A stretch of 64,000 nt of DNA from Okamejei kenojei (Eukaryota). This document shows positions 26,611-39,704 of this stretch, piece after piece; within the stretch, counting starts at the first letter, position 1; each line of letters begins with the position of its first letter. The notes below the pieces were generated by a model. It did not search any database. It was not told the origin of the DNA and saw only the letters and a program-made list of their open reading frames with translations. The DNA lies in assembly GCA_035221665.1 (NCBI GenBank), contig CM069159.1:23622001-23686000 (forward strand), written 5' to 3'. A program made the translations under genes and the position numbers.

Positions 26611-27347
26611 ATGACTTGACCAGCCAAGGAGTAAACTACAGAGCCTCAGTCATTTCCAGGCGAGCATGAAGAGGAAGGAATCTCGTGAAGACTGATAAAT
26701 TCACCCTTGAATAAACAAATGCATAATTCCCTACTGAGTATGTCATATGGCTGGAAGGGAAACAGAAATGTTGAAATGTTTTGTTGCTTGAGCTCTTTAT
26801 CCTGTTGCACTATCATTATGCCTGAAATTTCCATGTCTTGGGGATTATCCCAACAATATTAGACTCACTAGGCTTCCCCAGGAAGCAAATGACATGAGTT
26901 ATGTTCATACTCTGGAGATTGAGCTGTTTGTTAGCTCTTGCTCGGCCTCAGAGGGACTCCAAACACATCAAACAAAAATAAATCACTTTGTTCAAATGTA
27001 GGTGAACAACAGTAGAAATCTAGAGACGGATTTGCCATTTCTTAACTACAACCTTAATTTATACGTGAGCACGCTTAAAGTTATCTATTACATCCAGTGT
27101 CACCCCTGGGTCAGTCTGTTTCAGAAATCGATGGGCAGAACATGACTTTGCATCATCTCTGAGTGATTTATTTAGAGTGTAATCTTCTTTCTCCAGGGTC
27201 AACACAGACAAATATGATGCAGCACTAGTCAAGCAGAGACTGCAAAAGCCCTGGGTTCAGGAGTCGTATAAAGCGAATAAAGATAGTTTAGATTAAGCCC
27301 ACCACAAACCAGAGTCTCTGTGGAACTACCAGTCTGTCAATTTATCA

Positions 27348-27647
<300 letters not shown>

Positions 27648-28329
27648 TCAGCTGCCGGGTTGGGGACAGAATAGGACAATGGAGTAAGCAATCTGTTTGC
27701 GACGTGCATTACTAAAGTTACCAAAACTATCTGGAGACAGTCAGAGGGTAGTGACAATGCCAGTCAGAGGGCAGCTCCCACTCAGCTAAGACGCAAGGAT
27801 AGAGAGTTATTAAAAAATTGACTTTCTTATTAGATACAGATTCATCTTGATTAATAAATCCCTTAAGGTCAGTTCCACTATAGCGGAATCCCTGCGGTGA
27901 TTGATGTAAAACCCATCTGACTGCGTTCAAAGTTCCTTCTTACTCAGGACGAAGGCCTGTTAAACTGATAGTTTAACAAAACTCTCACTTGGGCAGCCTC
28001 CAACTCCAAGTATTATGGTGAGTGTATACTCCAGACAATTAATTAGACATCACTTTGGCACTGCTGACGGAACTTCTTGATTGCATTACAGTGTATAACT
28101 CAATTCCACATATCTAGGTGGGTGTATTGTTGGCAAGGCTGGTTCCTATTGTCCATCTCCAGTTTCACCTTGAGAGGATGGTGCGGCACTGCATTCTTGA
28201 ACTGCAGAAGACAATGCTATGAGAGGCTGAGCTTCATTAGAACAGGAAGAGGCCATTTAGCCCCTCAAACCTGATATATCCATTCGACTGCTTCCCGCTG
28301 ATCTACTTCTCCAATCCATCTACCCATCT

Positions 28330-28970
28330 TTGCCATTTAGCCCTTTAAGTCCATTGCAGCACAGGAACAGGCCCTTCAGCCCACTTTATTTGTACCAAAC
28401 ATGATGCCAAGTTAAACTAATCTGATCTGCCTGTACATGATCCATATCCTTCTATTTCCTACACATCCATGTGCGTATCTAAAAAACTCTTAAATGCCAC
28501 TATTATATCTGGCTCCACCACCACCCCAGGCAATGTGTTCCAGGGCCCCACCACTCTCTGGGTACAAAATTGCCCCGCACATCTCCATTAAACTTTCTCC
28601 CTCTCACCTTGCCTTTGCCCTCTCCAACCTGGGAAAAAAAAAATCTATACTAATAGATACTAATATTAATTTTAGGAAAATTTGTCAGACAACCCAAAAC
28701 TGGGGTCATAAGTATAAGATAGCTACTATTGCATTCAATAGCGAAATTAGACAAAATGTCTCAGAGCATTAGAATGCGGAACTCATTGCCAATATAAGTG
28801 GCTAAGTACAATAATTTGGATGATTTTTAAAGGAAACTAGATGAACACATGAGAGAAAGGAACAGAAAGACCAGAGACGAAGCAGATAGATAGGGAGGAG
28901 ATTAAGTAGAGTTTAATCATCAGCACAGCCAATTGGCCAAATTACTTCTTTCTATGCTGATTATTCTCTG
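28330..28970. mobile_element. Two CR1 3' fragments in opposite orientation
   Basis: Minus-strand CR1 tail at about 28330-28640 and a degraded plus-strand tail at about 28690-28970. Confidence 0.6.
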
Positions 28971-30937
28971 TAATGCTTCCTGGCTTCACTCCTAATGGTC
29001 TCGTTCCATTTTTAAATCAACATTACGAAAACTAATCTGGACTATTATCTTGTCGATTCTAAAGCCTGCTTTTTAAAAAAAACTGCCCTGGAAATATTCC
29101 AGAAATTCATTGCTGTTGCAAATTGTGGTCTTCTGATGCCTCGCAAAAATGTAAATCTTCAGTTATAAATCCTTTACCTTCACTACAACCTATTACTACA
29201 ACCTATTCTCATCTCGGTATTTATGTTCCACTATTGCCAGGACAATATAAACAACTCCCTCTGGAGTTCTGCACTCTTTCCTGTTTCTGCTCTCAGGAAA
29301 ACAACTTGATTAGTCTGTCATTATACCTCAGCCCAAATATAACTCCCATTTCCTTATGATTGTCAATATATTATCTATAGGAAACAGATTTTATACAACC
29401 TTTAATGCATGAGTCCTGTGATCCCCATTAGGGAAGAGGTGACATTGAACCCAGTTGCTAGCTTCAGGTTGGTGTAAATCAGGCCCTTGCGTTAAATCTC
29501 GTTTATCTGCTGTGCTTGGTAATTTAGTGATCACTGGCTCTAGGGCTTAGATTAGAAACAATTCTAACAGTCAGCTTAAGCAATTTACTGGGTCAATCAT
29601 GCTTATTACATTCGCAATGTCACAATCGGGACAGGATTAAAGCCAGTCTTTTTCTGTCTCCATCTCTATCTTTGTCCCAGGCTCAGCTTTTTTCCTCCAC
29701 CCAATTCCTCAATTAGTTGGAGTAAAGAACAGACAATTTGGCCCAACTATTTTGTGCTGGTACTCGTATACATTCCCTTCCCCCATATCTATCCCCTCTC
29801 AGCATTTAATAAATCTTTCCTTTTGTTTTCACTTATGCAATACTTAGTTTTAGGAAGTATCAATGCTATTTGCCTCAACCACTTCCTGTGGTGGTTACAT
29901 CCACATTTTAACCATACTCTGACTTAACAAATGTCACTTATTTCCTCATTATTTATTAGCAACTTTGTTGTATGCATGTTTTTTTCAGGATTCTCCCACA
30001 AGGAAGCATTACCTCTGATTCAACTTAATCACTTTCAACATCTCTATTGTGTCATCTCAAGTTGTGTTTTCTCCAGTAGAAAGACATTATTCAGTCTTTG
30101 TCAACAAATGTCGTGGATATGCTTTCTTTCTTGAACATCAATTTTGCAGTTTCTCTTATTTCTACGATAGTATAAAGACCAGGACATTGTACAGTACTCT
30201 CAGTGGGGTCTCAGCAGAGTCTTATGGAGCTGCAACATATTTTTGCTGGCCATTACTTGCTGCTACAAGGAAGAAAATCCTTGTAATTTGTCAACATTTG
30301 TCAGTAATTTGTTAGCCTGTAAGTGGACATTCGATAATTGGTTCACCAAGAGACATAATCCCTTTTTTTGTCTTCTCCAATCAGATTGTGCTTTAATATT
30401 TTCCGTAAATTCTTCCTGTAAAAGTGTATCAACATATTTTTATCCTTACTGAAATTCATTTATCACCCGTAGCGCAGATTTCAAGTTCCTGATTTTTTTT
30501 GTAATATATGGCAATCTTTGTTATTTCTGTCAGAACAATTCCTACTAGAATTTTGGAGACTTCGCCTGTTGGTATTATCTACAACTTTTCATATAACAAG
30601 ATATTCAATTATTTGTCCAATCGTTACCTTAAATTATGATTATCAGTTGTTCCAGCGCCCAACAAGCTTTCTTCACTCAAAATAACTACCCTGCACCTGT
30701 GCTTTCTAATTATTTTAGGCAATTTGCTTTCTATTTAGGTATCTGTTTCCTGCTGTAAATGGCCCAACCTTTCTACCGCATTCTACTGTTTAGGATCTTT
30801 TGAAACTGCATGTATATGACAAAAATGTTGTGATGAAGAACTGATGGTGAATCAGAAGTGCGCAAGAGATCTATCAATCAGCCAATATCCACGCATGGGT
30901 TTCTCAATGCTGACAAGAACATTTACAGCTTCAACAC

Positions 30938-31250
30938 GGGGCAGCACACTTGCACAGCTGGTAGAGCTGTTGCTTCACAGCGCCAGAGATCCTGGTTCGT
31001 TCCTGACCCCAGGAGCCATCGTGTGGAGTTTGCATGTTTGCCCTGACACCGTGTGGGTTTCCTCCGAATGCCCCAGTTTTACAAAATATGTAGTGATTTG
31101 TAGTTTAATTGGCCTCTGTAAATTGCCCATTGTGTGTAGGGAGTGAATGCGAAAGTGGCATAACATGGAACTAGTGTGATCGATCGTCAGCGTGGAATTG
31201 GTGGGCTGAAAGGTTTGTTTCCATGCAGTATCTCTAAAAGTAAAACTAAA
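30938..31250 (+). mobile_element. HE1/V-SINE-type SINE
   Basis: tRNA-like head (GGGCAGCAC..GGTAGAGC..GGTTCGTTCC), central GTGGGTTTCCTCC domain and (CTAAA)n tail. Confidence 0.8.
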
Positions 31251-32194
31251 AAACGAAACATGCAATGAACTCCTCTGCTGAGAACCAAGAGTGCAGAATT
31301 TAATGGAGACATAGAAAGTGAGAGAACTCTTGGGTTATTGATCCTGAATTGACTATTGCCTCTAATGCACTAGCACAGCTGTTATTGGACACATAAAAGA
31401 CCAAGACTTCAAACCTGGCATCTAGTTCATGAACGATTGAGCAGGTATGATCCCTACCATTGTATAGGTCTCAGTCTCAATGGACAACCTGTAGCAGGGA
31501 TCTCTAAGTTTTAGAGAAGTACTACACTGGTCTCCACAAAAACCTTCCATGAACTAATGTCAACATCCAACATGTCCTCACTGGGAATTCCAGACCATGA
31601 CCACAGAAAATGAAGGAGAATTATCTAAAAACACTGAGATAGGAGTTACAATTACAATTCTCTAGAATTGGTGCACAATATAAGCCATGCATAAACAACA
31701 GAAAGAGCACTCAGCATCCAGAAGCACTCACCCCGTCACCTGCTCTGCTTGTAGTAAAGACGGTAAACCCTGGAAAGAGATCTTCGACCATCTCAGAACT
31801 GGAGTAGACACAAGTCATCCTCAACCCCAAAGGATTGCCTAAAAGGGAAATATGACAAATATACTAAATAATAAACGACGACTGTCAATCTTCCCTCATA
31901 GTTGGTCCTCTCCTCTTCACTTTTCTTCCCTCATAGTTGATCCACTCCTCCTCACTTTTTATCCTTCCATTAGCCCATTCCCTCCCTTTGTTGACCACCT
32001 TTCTCCCCCACAGGTCACATTGTCGTTACGCGTAAGCACCTTTCCTCTTTAACAATGTCGTTCCTCCTCTCCATCAACCTTTGGGGAATGCATCTCAAAT
32101 GCCCATTACCTTCAGCTCTTTAAAACCCATGAGGACCCAGGATCAGTACCCCGGGCATTGAGGCAGGAAAGGTTTCTATGGAAACCGTGCCCCT

Positions 32195-33575
32195 GGGCCC
32201 GCCCCCTCCACACAACACCCCGCCCCTCCACCCCCCTCCCTCCACCCACCCACGCCCCCTCCACCCCCCCACCCCCCCCCCTCCACCCACACCCCGCCCC
32301 CTGCACCCCACTCCCGCCCCCTCCACCCACACCCCGCCCCCTCCACCCACACCCCGCCCCCCTCCACCCACACCCCGCCCCCTCCACCCCCCCCCCCCCA
32401 CACCCCCCCCCTCCACCCACACCCCGCCCCCCCCTCCACCCACCCACCCCGCCCCCTCCACCCACACCCCGCCCCCTCCACCCCCCCCTCCACCCACACC
32501 CCGCCCCCTCCACCCACACCCCCCCCCTCCTCCACCCCACCCCCCCGCCCCCTCCACCCACACCCCGCCCCCTCCACCCACACCCCGCCCCCTCCACCCC
32601 ACACCCCGCCCCCTCCACCCACTCCCCGCCCCCTCCACCCACACCCCGCCCCCTCCACCCAGACACCGCCCCCTCCCTCCACCCACCCCCCCCCCGCCCC
32701 CCCCTCCACCCACACCCCGCCCCCTCCACCCACCCCCCCCTCCACCCACTCCCCGCCCCCCCCTCCACCCCCCCTCCCTCCACCCACACCCCGCCCCCTC
32801 CACCCACACCCCGCCCCCTCCACCCACACCCCGCCCCCTCCACGCCCCCTCCCACAGCCTCCAACAAGACCCCCGCCCCCTCCACTCCACCCACACCCCG
32901 CCCCCTCCACCCACACCCCGCCCCCTCCACCACACCCCGCCCCCTCCACCCCCCCCTCACCCCCCCCCTCCACCCACACCCCGCCCCCTCCACCCACACC
33001 CCGCCCCTGCACCCCGCCCCCCTCCACCCACACCCCGCCCCCTCCACCCCGCCCCCCTCCACCCACACCCCGCCCCCTCCGACCACACCCCGCCCCCTCC
33101 GCCCACACCCCGCCCCCTCCGCCCACACCCCGCCCCCTCCGCCCACACCCCGCCCCCTCCGCCCACACCCCGCCCCCTCCGCCCACACCCCGCCCCCTCC
33201 GCCCACACCCCGCCCCCTCCTCCACCCACACCCCGCCCTCCTCCACCCACACCCCGCCCCCTCCGCCCACAACCCCGCCCCCTCCGCCCACACCCCGCCC
33301 CCTCCGCCCACACCCCGCCCCCTCCGCCCACACCCCGCCCTCCTCCGCCCACACCCCGCCCCCTCCGCCCACACCCCGCCCCCTCCGCCCACACCCCGCC
33401 CCCTCCGCCCACACCCCGCCCCCTCCGCCCACACCCCGCCCCCTCCGCCCACACCCCCGCCCCCTCCGCCCACACCCCGCCCCCTCCGCCCACACCCCGC
33501 CCCCTCCGCCCGCCCCCTCCACCCACACCCCGCCCCCTCCACCCGCCCCCTCCACCCACACCCGCGCCCCTCCAC
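32195..33575. repeat. C-rich ~20-bp minisatellite (G-rich on the minus strand)
   Basis: The unit CCCCGCCCCCTCC(A/G)CCCACA is tandemly repeated for about 1.4 kb. Confidence 0.95.
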
Positions 33576-33579
33576 GGGC

Positions 33580-34045
33580 TGCGCCTCCACCATAGAGCAG
33601 GATTCCTCCACCCTAGACTCCGCCTCCGTTGACGAAGCCCCGCCTCCCCTGGCCCCGTTCCTTCTAGACCCCGCCCCTCCCCTAGGGCCCCGCCTCCCCC
33701 ACAGGCCCCGCCTCGCATAAGGCAATGTCCGCCTCCATGGCCTGACCGCCCAGGTCGCTAACGGTAACCATGGTTGCGGCTCCTCTGCTGCCTGACACCA
33801 GCCTCCTCTTCAGCGCTGTCACGGACGCACACACGTGTTGGCTTTAGCCTCCGCTCTCCCGATGGCGCCGGGCACCGCTCACCCGGCGGCCTCCGGCAGC
33901 AGCGCCATCGGCCGACCGGCAGCAGCAGGGACTGGGGAACCGGCGCCGTCCGTCCGTCCGTCTCCAGCTCCAGCTGGAGACCGGGGCATGCCTGTGGGGG
34001 CGGGGCGTCCCCCAAGTGACGTGTGTGTGGGCGGAGACTGTGTGT
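33580..34045 (-). promoter_or_regulatory. TLCD5: CpG island: probable TLCD5 promoter and exon 1
   Basis: CpG-dense, with GC boxes, TGACG at about 34017, an RFX X-box-like GTCGCTAACGGTAAC (33754-33768) and a minus-strand donor CGG|GTGAGC at 33883. Confidence 0.7.
33883..33989 (-). CDS. TLCD5: Putative coding part of TLCD5 exon 1 (N-terminal extension)
   Basis: ATGs at 33989 and 33908 are both open to the donor at 33883 (phase 2). Splicing to 27606 gives GG+T GAG ATG, in frame with the main ORF. Confidence 0.4.
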
Positions 34046-35484
34046 AGGGGCGGAGCTAGACACTGGGGTGGGGCCTGCGTGTGGGGTGGGGCCTGTCTGT
34101 GGGGTGGGGCCAGTGTGGGGGGTGGGGCCTGTCTGGGGGTGGGGCCAGTGTGAGGGTGGGGCCTGTCTGTGGGGGTGGGGCCAATGTGGGGATGGGGTCT
34201 GTCTGTGGGGGTGTGGCCTGCGTCTGGGGGTGGGGCCTGTCTGTGGGGTGGAGCCAGTGTGGGGGTGGGGCCTGTCTGTGGGGGTGGGGCCAGTGTGGGG
34301 ATGGGGCGAGTGTGGGGGTGGGGCCTGTGAGGGTGGGCCTGTCTGTGGGGTCTGCCTGGGGGTGGGGCCTGTCTGTGGGGGTGGGGGCTGTCTGTGGGGG
34401 TGGGGCCTGTCTGTGGGGGTGTGGCCTGTGTGAGGTTGGGGCCCGTCTGTGGGGGTGGGGCCTGTCTGGGGGTGGGGGCTGTCTGGGGGTGGGGCCAGTA
34501 TGTGGGGGTGGGGCCTGTCTGGGGGTGGGGCCTGTCTGGGGTTGGGGCCTGTCTGGGGGTGGGGCCTGTCTGTGGGGGTGGGGCCTGTCTGGGCGGTTGG
34601 GGCCTGTCTGTGGGGTTGGGGCCTGTCTGAGGGTGGGGCTGTCTGTGGGGGTGGCCCTGTCTGTGGGGGTGGGGCCTGTCTGAGGGGTTGGGGCCTGTCT
34701 GTGGGGTTGGGGCCTGTCTGGGGGTGGGGGCTGTCTGTGGGGGTGTGGCTTGTCTGAGGGTGGGGCCTGTCTGTGGGGGTGGGGCCGGTCTGGGGTGTGG
34801 GGGTGTGACATGTCTGAGGGTGGGGGCTGTCTGTGGGGGTGAGGCCTGTCTGGGGGTGTGGGCTGTCTGTGGGGGTGGGGGCTGTCTGTGGGGGTATGGG
34901 CCTGTCTGTGGGGGTGTGGCATGTCTGAGGGTGGGGGCTGTCTGTGGGGGTGGGCCTGTCTGTGGGGGTGGGCCTGTCTGTGGGGGTGGGGCCTGTCTGT
35001 GGGGGTGGGGTTGTCTGGGGGGTGGGCCTGTCGGGGCCTGTGTGGGGGTGGGCCTGTCTGTGGGGGTGGGCTGTCTGTGGGGGTGGGGCCCTGTCTGTGG
35101 GGGGGCCTGTCTGTGGGGGTGGGGCCTGTCTGTGGGGGTGGGCCTGTCTGTGGGGGTGTGGGGGCCTGTGGGGGTGGGGGGTGGGGGGTGGGGCCTGTCT
35201 GTGGGGGGGGGCCTGTCTGTGGGGGTGGGGGCTGTCTGTGGGGGTGGGCCTGTCTGTGGGGGTGGGGGCCTGTCTGTGGGGGTGGGGGCCTGTCTGTGGG
35301 GGTGGGGCCTGTCTGTGGGGGTGGGGCCTGTCTGTGGGGGTGGGGCCTCTGTGGGGGTGGGGCCTGTCTGTGGGGGTGGGGCCTGTCTGTGGGGGTGGGG
35401 GGGGCTGTCTGGGGGTGGGGGTGGGGGCTGTCTGTGGGGGTGGGGGCTGTCTGTGGGGGTGGGGGCTGTCTGTGGGGGTGGGGG
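34044..35484. repeat. G-rich ~20-bp minisatellite
   Basis: The unit GGGGCCTGTCTGTGGGGGT and its variants are repeated for about 1.4 kb. Confidence 0.95.
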
Positions 35485-36769
35485 TATAAAATAAATAAAA
35501 GTGCTGGCGGAGCGCAGCGGGGCAGCCAGCACCAGCGGGAAGGAAAGGTACAGGCGTTTGGGTCGGGATCCTCCTCGGACTGCAAGGTAGACGGCGGGAC
35601 TGAAGCTAGGGTTGCAGCTTGTCGGGTCAGAGCAAAACAAAGTTCTGAAGAACTACAACACAAAGTGCTGTCTCTGTTCTTTATCTCGAAGATAGACTTC
35701 AAGGCAACACAAAACATAACGGCACCAATCCACGTTCTCCAGGGATGCTGCCTGACCCGCTGGGTTACTTCAGCACTTGGTGTCTTTTTTTCCCTTATAA
35801 ACCAGCATCTTCTTTGTTTCTACAAAACATGGGTGAATCCTGTTTGTAGAGACGGGAATGAAGCCAAGGGTGTGGCTTTCTTACAAGGATAGACTAACTA
35901 TTGAAGGTAGGATGGCCGCAGGGGAAAGACTACGGCTAATGGGCATGGCTGTGTGGTTTGAAGGCGACTATGTGAAGGCTGCCTTGTTATTTTATCACCT
36001 CAGATGGTTAGATTCCGGACTTCGATCCGGTTTGACGTCAATCACAAGAAAGCGGAGACGCCACTGCCAGTTGTAATTGTTAGCTTTGGTAAAAACTTTA
36101 TTACTCGAAACGTACAAAGTTGAAGGCAGGACATCCCGACCACGGAGGCATGATCTTATAAATAAACAGCCTTTAACTTCTACGCATTATTCACAAAATC
36201 CCACCCCGTACATATATTATTTAAAAAGGAATCGTTTTCAAATATTTCAGGCCATCAACACTGGTTTCGAGTTGCAATACACGATTACTTTGGAAATCCC
36301 CCAAACTCCTTCTAGCACTGACGGACTATGATTAAAAAAAAACGACCATGGCATAGCCCATAAAAATAAAAGACCATGGCATAGAAGACACGTCTGCCCA
36401 CCATAAAAGTCGTTGAAAGACGAGACGCAACGTGATTTAACCACATAGCAATGTCATAAATAACACGTAGAAATGAGAGGGAATACAATTACATAGAACA
36501 GAGAATAGATAAGAGTTTGTGTTTATGGCAGTGATTAGATTTGCTGTTTAAATCTTTTTAGGAAAACCAGCCCTGAAGTGCAATTTCAGATGGCCAGGGA
36601 CCAGATACACTAAAGCCAAGACTCATGAACATAAAACAAATTAATCCTATTTGCCCCATCCCATAGTTTACTCCTGTAATCTATTTCCATTAACCCCAGG
36701 TTTCATCACCCCACAGTCTATTTGATATTATTATTTTAATCTTGTAGCTATTTCATATGGGGGTCACAA

Positions 36770-36950
36770 GATCCTTGCCACAGAAGGCAGCGGAGGCCAA
36801 TTCACTGGATGTTTTCAAGAGAGTGTTAGATTTAGCTCTTAGGGCTAAAGGAGTCAAAGAATATGGGGGGAAAAGGTAAGAACGGGGTACTGATTTTAGA
36901 TGATCAGCCATGATCATATTAAATGGCGGTGCTGGCTCGAAGGGCCAAAT
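36770..36950 (+). mobile_element. CR1 3' end
   Basis: Contains GATGATCAGCCATGATCATATT..GGTGCTGGCTCGAAGGGCC. The same tail occurs at 41160-41315, 53400-53560 and, inverted, at 7604, 50198 and 57780. Confidence 0.75.
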
Positions 36951-39510
36951 TACCAACTTCTGTATCTCTGTTTATTGGTCCGGGCATCTTTGCCTTTGCC
37001 CTGTCACTCACTTTTGTCAGTGAACCTCCACTACCTCTCACTTCATATGTAAAAAAAATCCTTTTACTATTTCCTTTGCACTTATAACTTATAATTGGAG
37101 GGTCTCTTCGTCTCAACCCTAACTTGCTGCATCTTAAAACCTTGTGCAGTTCTGCTGGAAATCATCAACCTGAATAGCTATTCTGTTTCTCTCTCTCCAT
37201 TGATTTTGCCTTGAACATAGTACTTTTTATTGTTAAAAAAGTCTCTCCCTCCCCTGCATGCTCCTTGTTGGTTTATTTTTATTTTTTTTAAATCAGATAT
37301 CCAACAACAGCAGCATTTTGGTTAATGTTTTTGATCCGTTCCATTTTTAATGTAAAACATATATAGCATTTAATACGTTAAACTGCTTCCTTCCTTTCCT
37401 GCTTATGAATTGCCTCTGGGGCTGCTAATCTGCAGTTGATGCTACCTCCAATGAAATAATTGGACGTATTTATAGCGTTAAAAAGTTGAAAGTCCATTAT
37501 TGGAGGCATGATAGTACCAGTAGCACACTTACCTGAACAATGGTTATGGTTTCATTTTAAGACGTGAAATATGGCTCAGACCTAATTTCCTATTTCAGAT
37601 GAAATAAAAGAAATTCATATGTAGGTCCTTATCAATTAACATTACCAAAACTAAGATTATATGTTTATCAATTGCTATTTGTGGGATCTTAGTATATATG
37701 CAGTAGCTGCCAGGATTATTTTTCAATAGTGTTGTTCCCTTTGTCCTTATCTGTGCACTGTGGATGGCTTGATTGTGGTAATGTACAGTCTTATCAGACT
37801 GGGTTGCACGCAAACATAGCTTTTTACTGTATCTCAGTAAACATGACAATAATAATCTAAACTAAATACTCAATTTGCTGTAAAGAACTTTGAAAAAATC
37901 TAAATGTTATCATACGCAAGTCTCTTTTTACAATCTCATCATTTTATAATATACAGCAAGGTGCAATCCATTGGAGTTCTGAGATTTTAAACAGTTTCTT
38001 CCATCACTTGATTGTTTCCTTAAATAGAATGCTCAGACAATTCCCAAACTAGACTGTCCATCGACATAATGCATAATTCTGTTGCTAAATCACAAAGTTA
38101 ACTGAAATGTAAAATGTGACACTTTAATTTTTAAAAAAGTGCAGCATACAAAAAGGCCTCAGGAATAATAATAAATGGTCATTTAATTGGATGATGGGAC
38201 AAATTAATTTGGAGGTGACGGGAAAGTTGATTTGGAGGTGACGGGAAGGGGGGGGGGGTGAGGGTAAAACACTTGCAAATGTTTCTCAGTATCCAACATA
38301 AGAAAGTAAAAAATGGATTTGGAAAAGACAACTTATAATTGGAGTTAAAGTCAAAGCAGATATTCATATGACTTGTTTTTTTTGTTTTAAGTTGCTAGGA
38401 CCACCTGTAAGGCAGAGTGCTAATTAAAACATTGAGTTATCTCATTAACAAATGGACAAGTGTATATTTTACACATTTTGTGGATGGATTTAGATTGTTA
38501 CCCATTAATAAAGTTCTCCCAGGTAGGTATACGCTGTCCCGGATATCAGCTGAGGAGCAGGCTTGCAATAATGGTAACATTATTGTTCAAAGTGGGCACA
38601 GAGGCAAACAATGCTGGACACAAAACGCTGGAATAACTCAGTAGGCAGCATCTCTGGAGAGAAGGAATGGATGACGTTTTAGGTCAAGACCCTTCTTCAG
38701 TCATTTTGTGTCTAACTTCGATTTAAACCAGCATCTGCAGTTCTTTCTCACACAAACAATGCTGAGTTGGCTTGCCAGCAGTTTAAGGGGGGGTGAGCGA
38801 CAATCCTAGAGATTATGAACAAGAACCACAGAATTAAAAGAAATGTCCTTTGGCTACCCTCAATCTTGAATTGTACAGACATCCAGAATTGTACAGAAAT
38901 CCAGAAGTTGAATGCTCATCTTGTTCCATAATTCGTTTGACCAGTATCTGCCGCACGAGTGTAGCTGCCTGCATAATCCTGGATTGCTGACGCCACCCCA
39001 TTATTATCACAGATCAAGCAAAATGGAAACACACACGCAAGATCAAACCAGCGATATGCTGAATATTATATTCTAATTGGAAGTAAAATGGCATTCATCT
39101 CAGGTGAACACAAATTGGCCTGCAAGTGCTTCCTAACATCTAAAGAGTCATGCCTCATACATAGTGAAAGATTCATGGTAACCTTTTTGCAACTTGCACA
39201 AAAAAATACACCAATCAATCCAATGGATATAGATCAAAAGGGTAGAAAGTGAGGGTTTAATGCTTCATTAGCTTTGACTGGCAGTGAAGAGAGCATATTG
39301 AAGGCAGCATATCAGCCAATCCATTGCAATTTTGTAACAATGCTGCAGTGTTTGTATTGTCTTTGCAAAATCTGTAAAACATTTGCACTAAATGTTGTCC
39401 CTGATATATGCATGTTTTCTATTGTCCATCCTCACTGTGCGTCTGTACAGTGCATTACAGTAACTGAGGACTGAAGAAGTGGTTGAGCAGAAGGTGAAAT
39501 CCCAGAACCT

Positions 39511-39550
39511 TCAGTGAAAAAATGATGGACTATTCCACCAGAATCGTGAG
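39511..39550 (-). CDS. POU2F3: POU2F3 terminal coding exon
   Basis: Acceptor ttttgttttgcag|C. Reads (G)SRFWWNSPSFFH*, which resembles the recalled mammalian C-terminus SWYRWNHSTYLH. The phase matches the upstream exon. Confidence 0.85.
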
Positions 39551-39704
39551 CTGCAAAACAAAAGTAAATAGCCAGTTACTAACCGAGCACATTCGCGCTT
39601 CTGGGTGCAGAATCAGGAAATAATCAAGTCAGAAGGCATCTGCAGAGACCAGCCACAAATCTCTGCTGGAAGTGCCCTACGTCATAGACATGAGAGATGG
39701 TTTC

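Noticed and set aside
30938-31020. tRNA-like A/B boxes (also at 16962, 40279 and 55652)
   Set aside because: These are SINE heads that continue into the SINE body, with no complete cloverleaf.
32112-35892. Long Pro/His/Thr-rich and Gly/Trp-rich ORFs (250-600 aa) on both strands
   Set aside because: They are translations of stop-poor GC minisatellites and are open in several frames at once.
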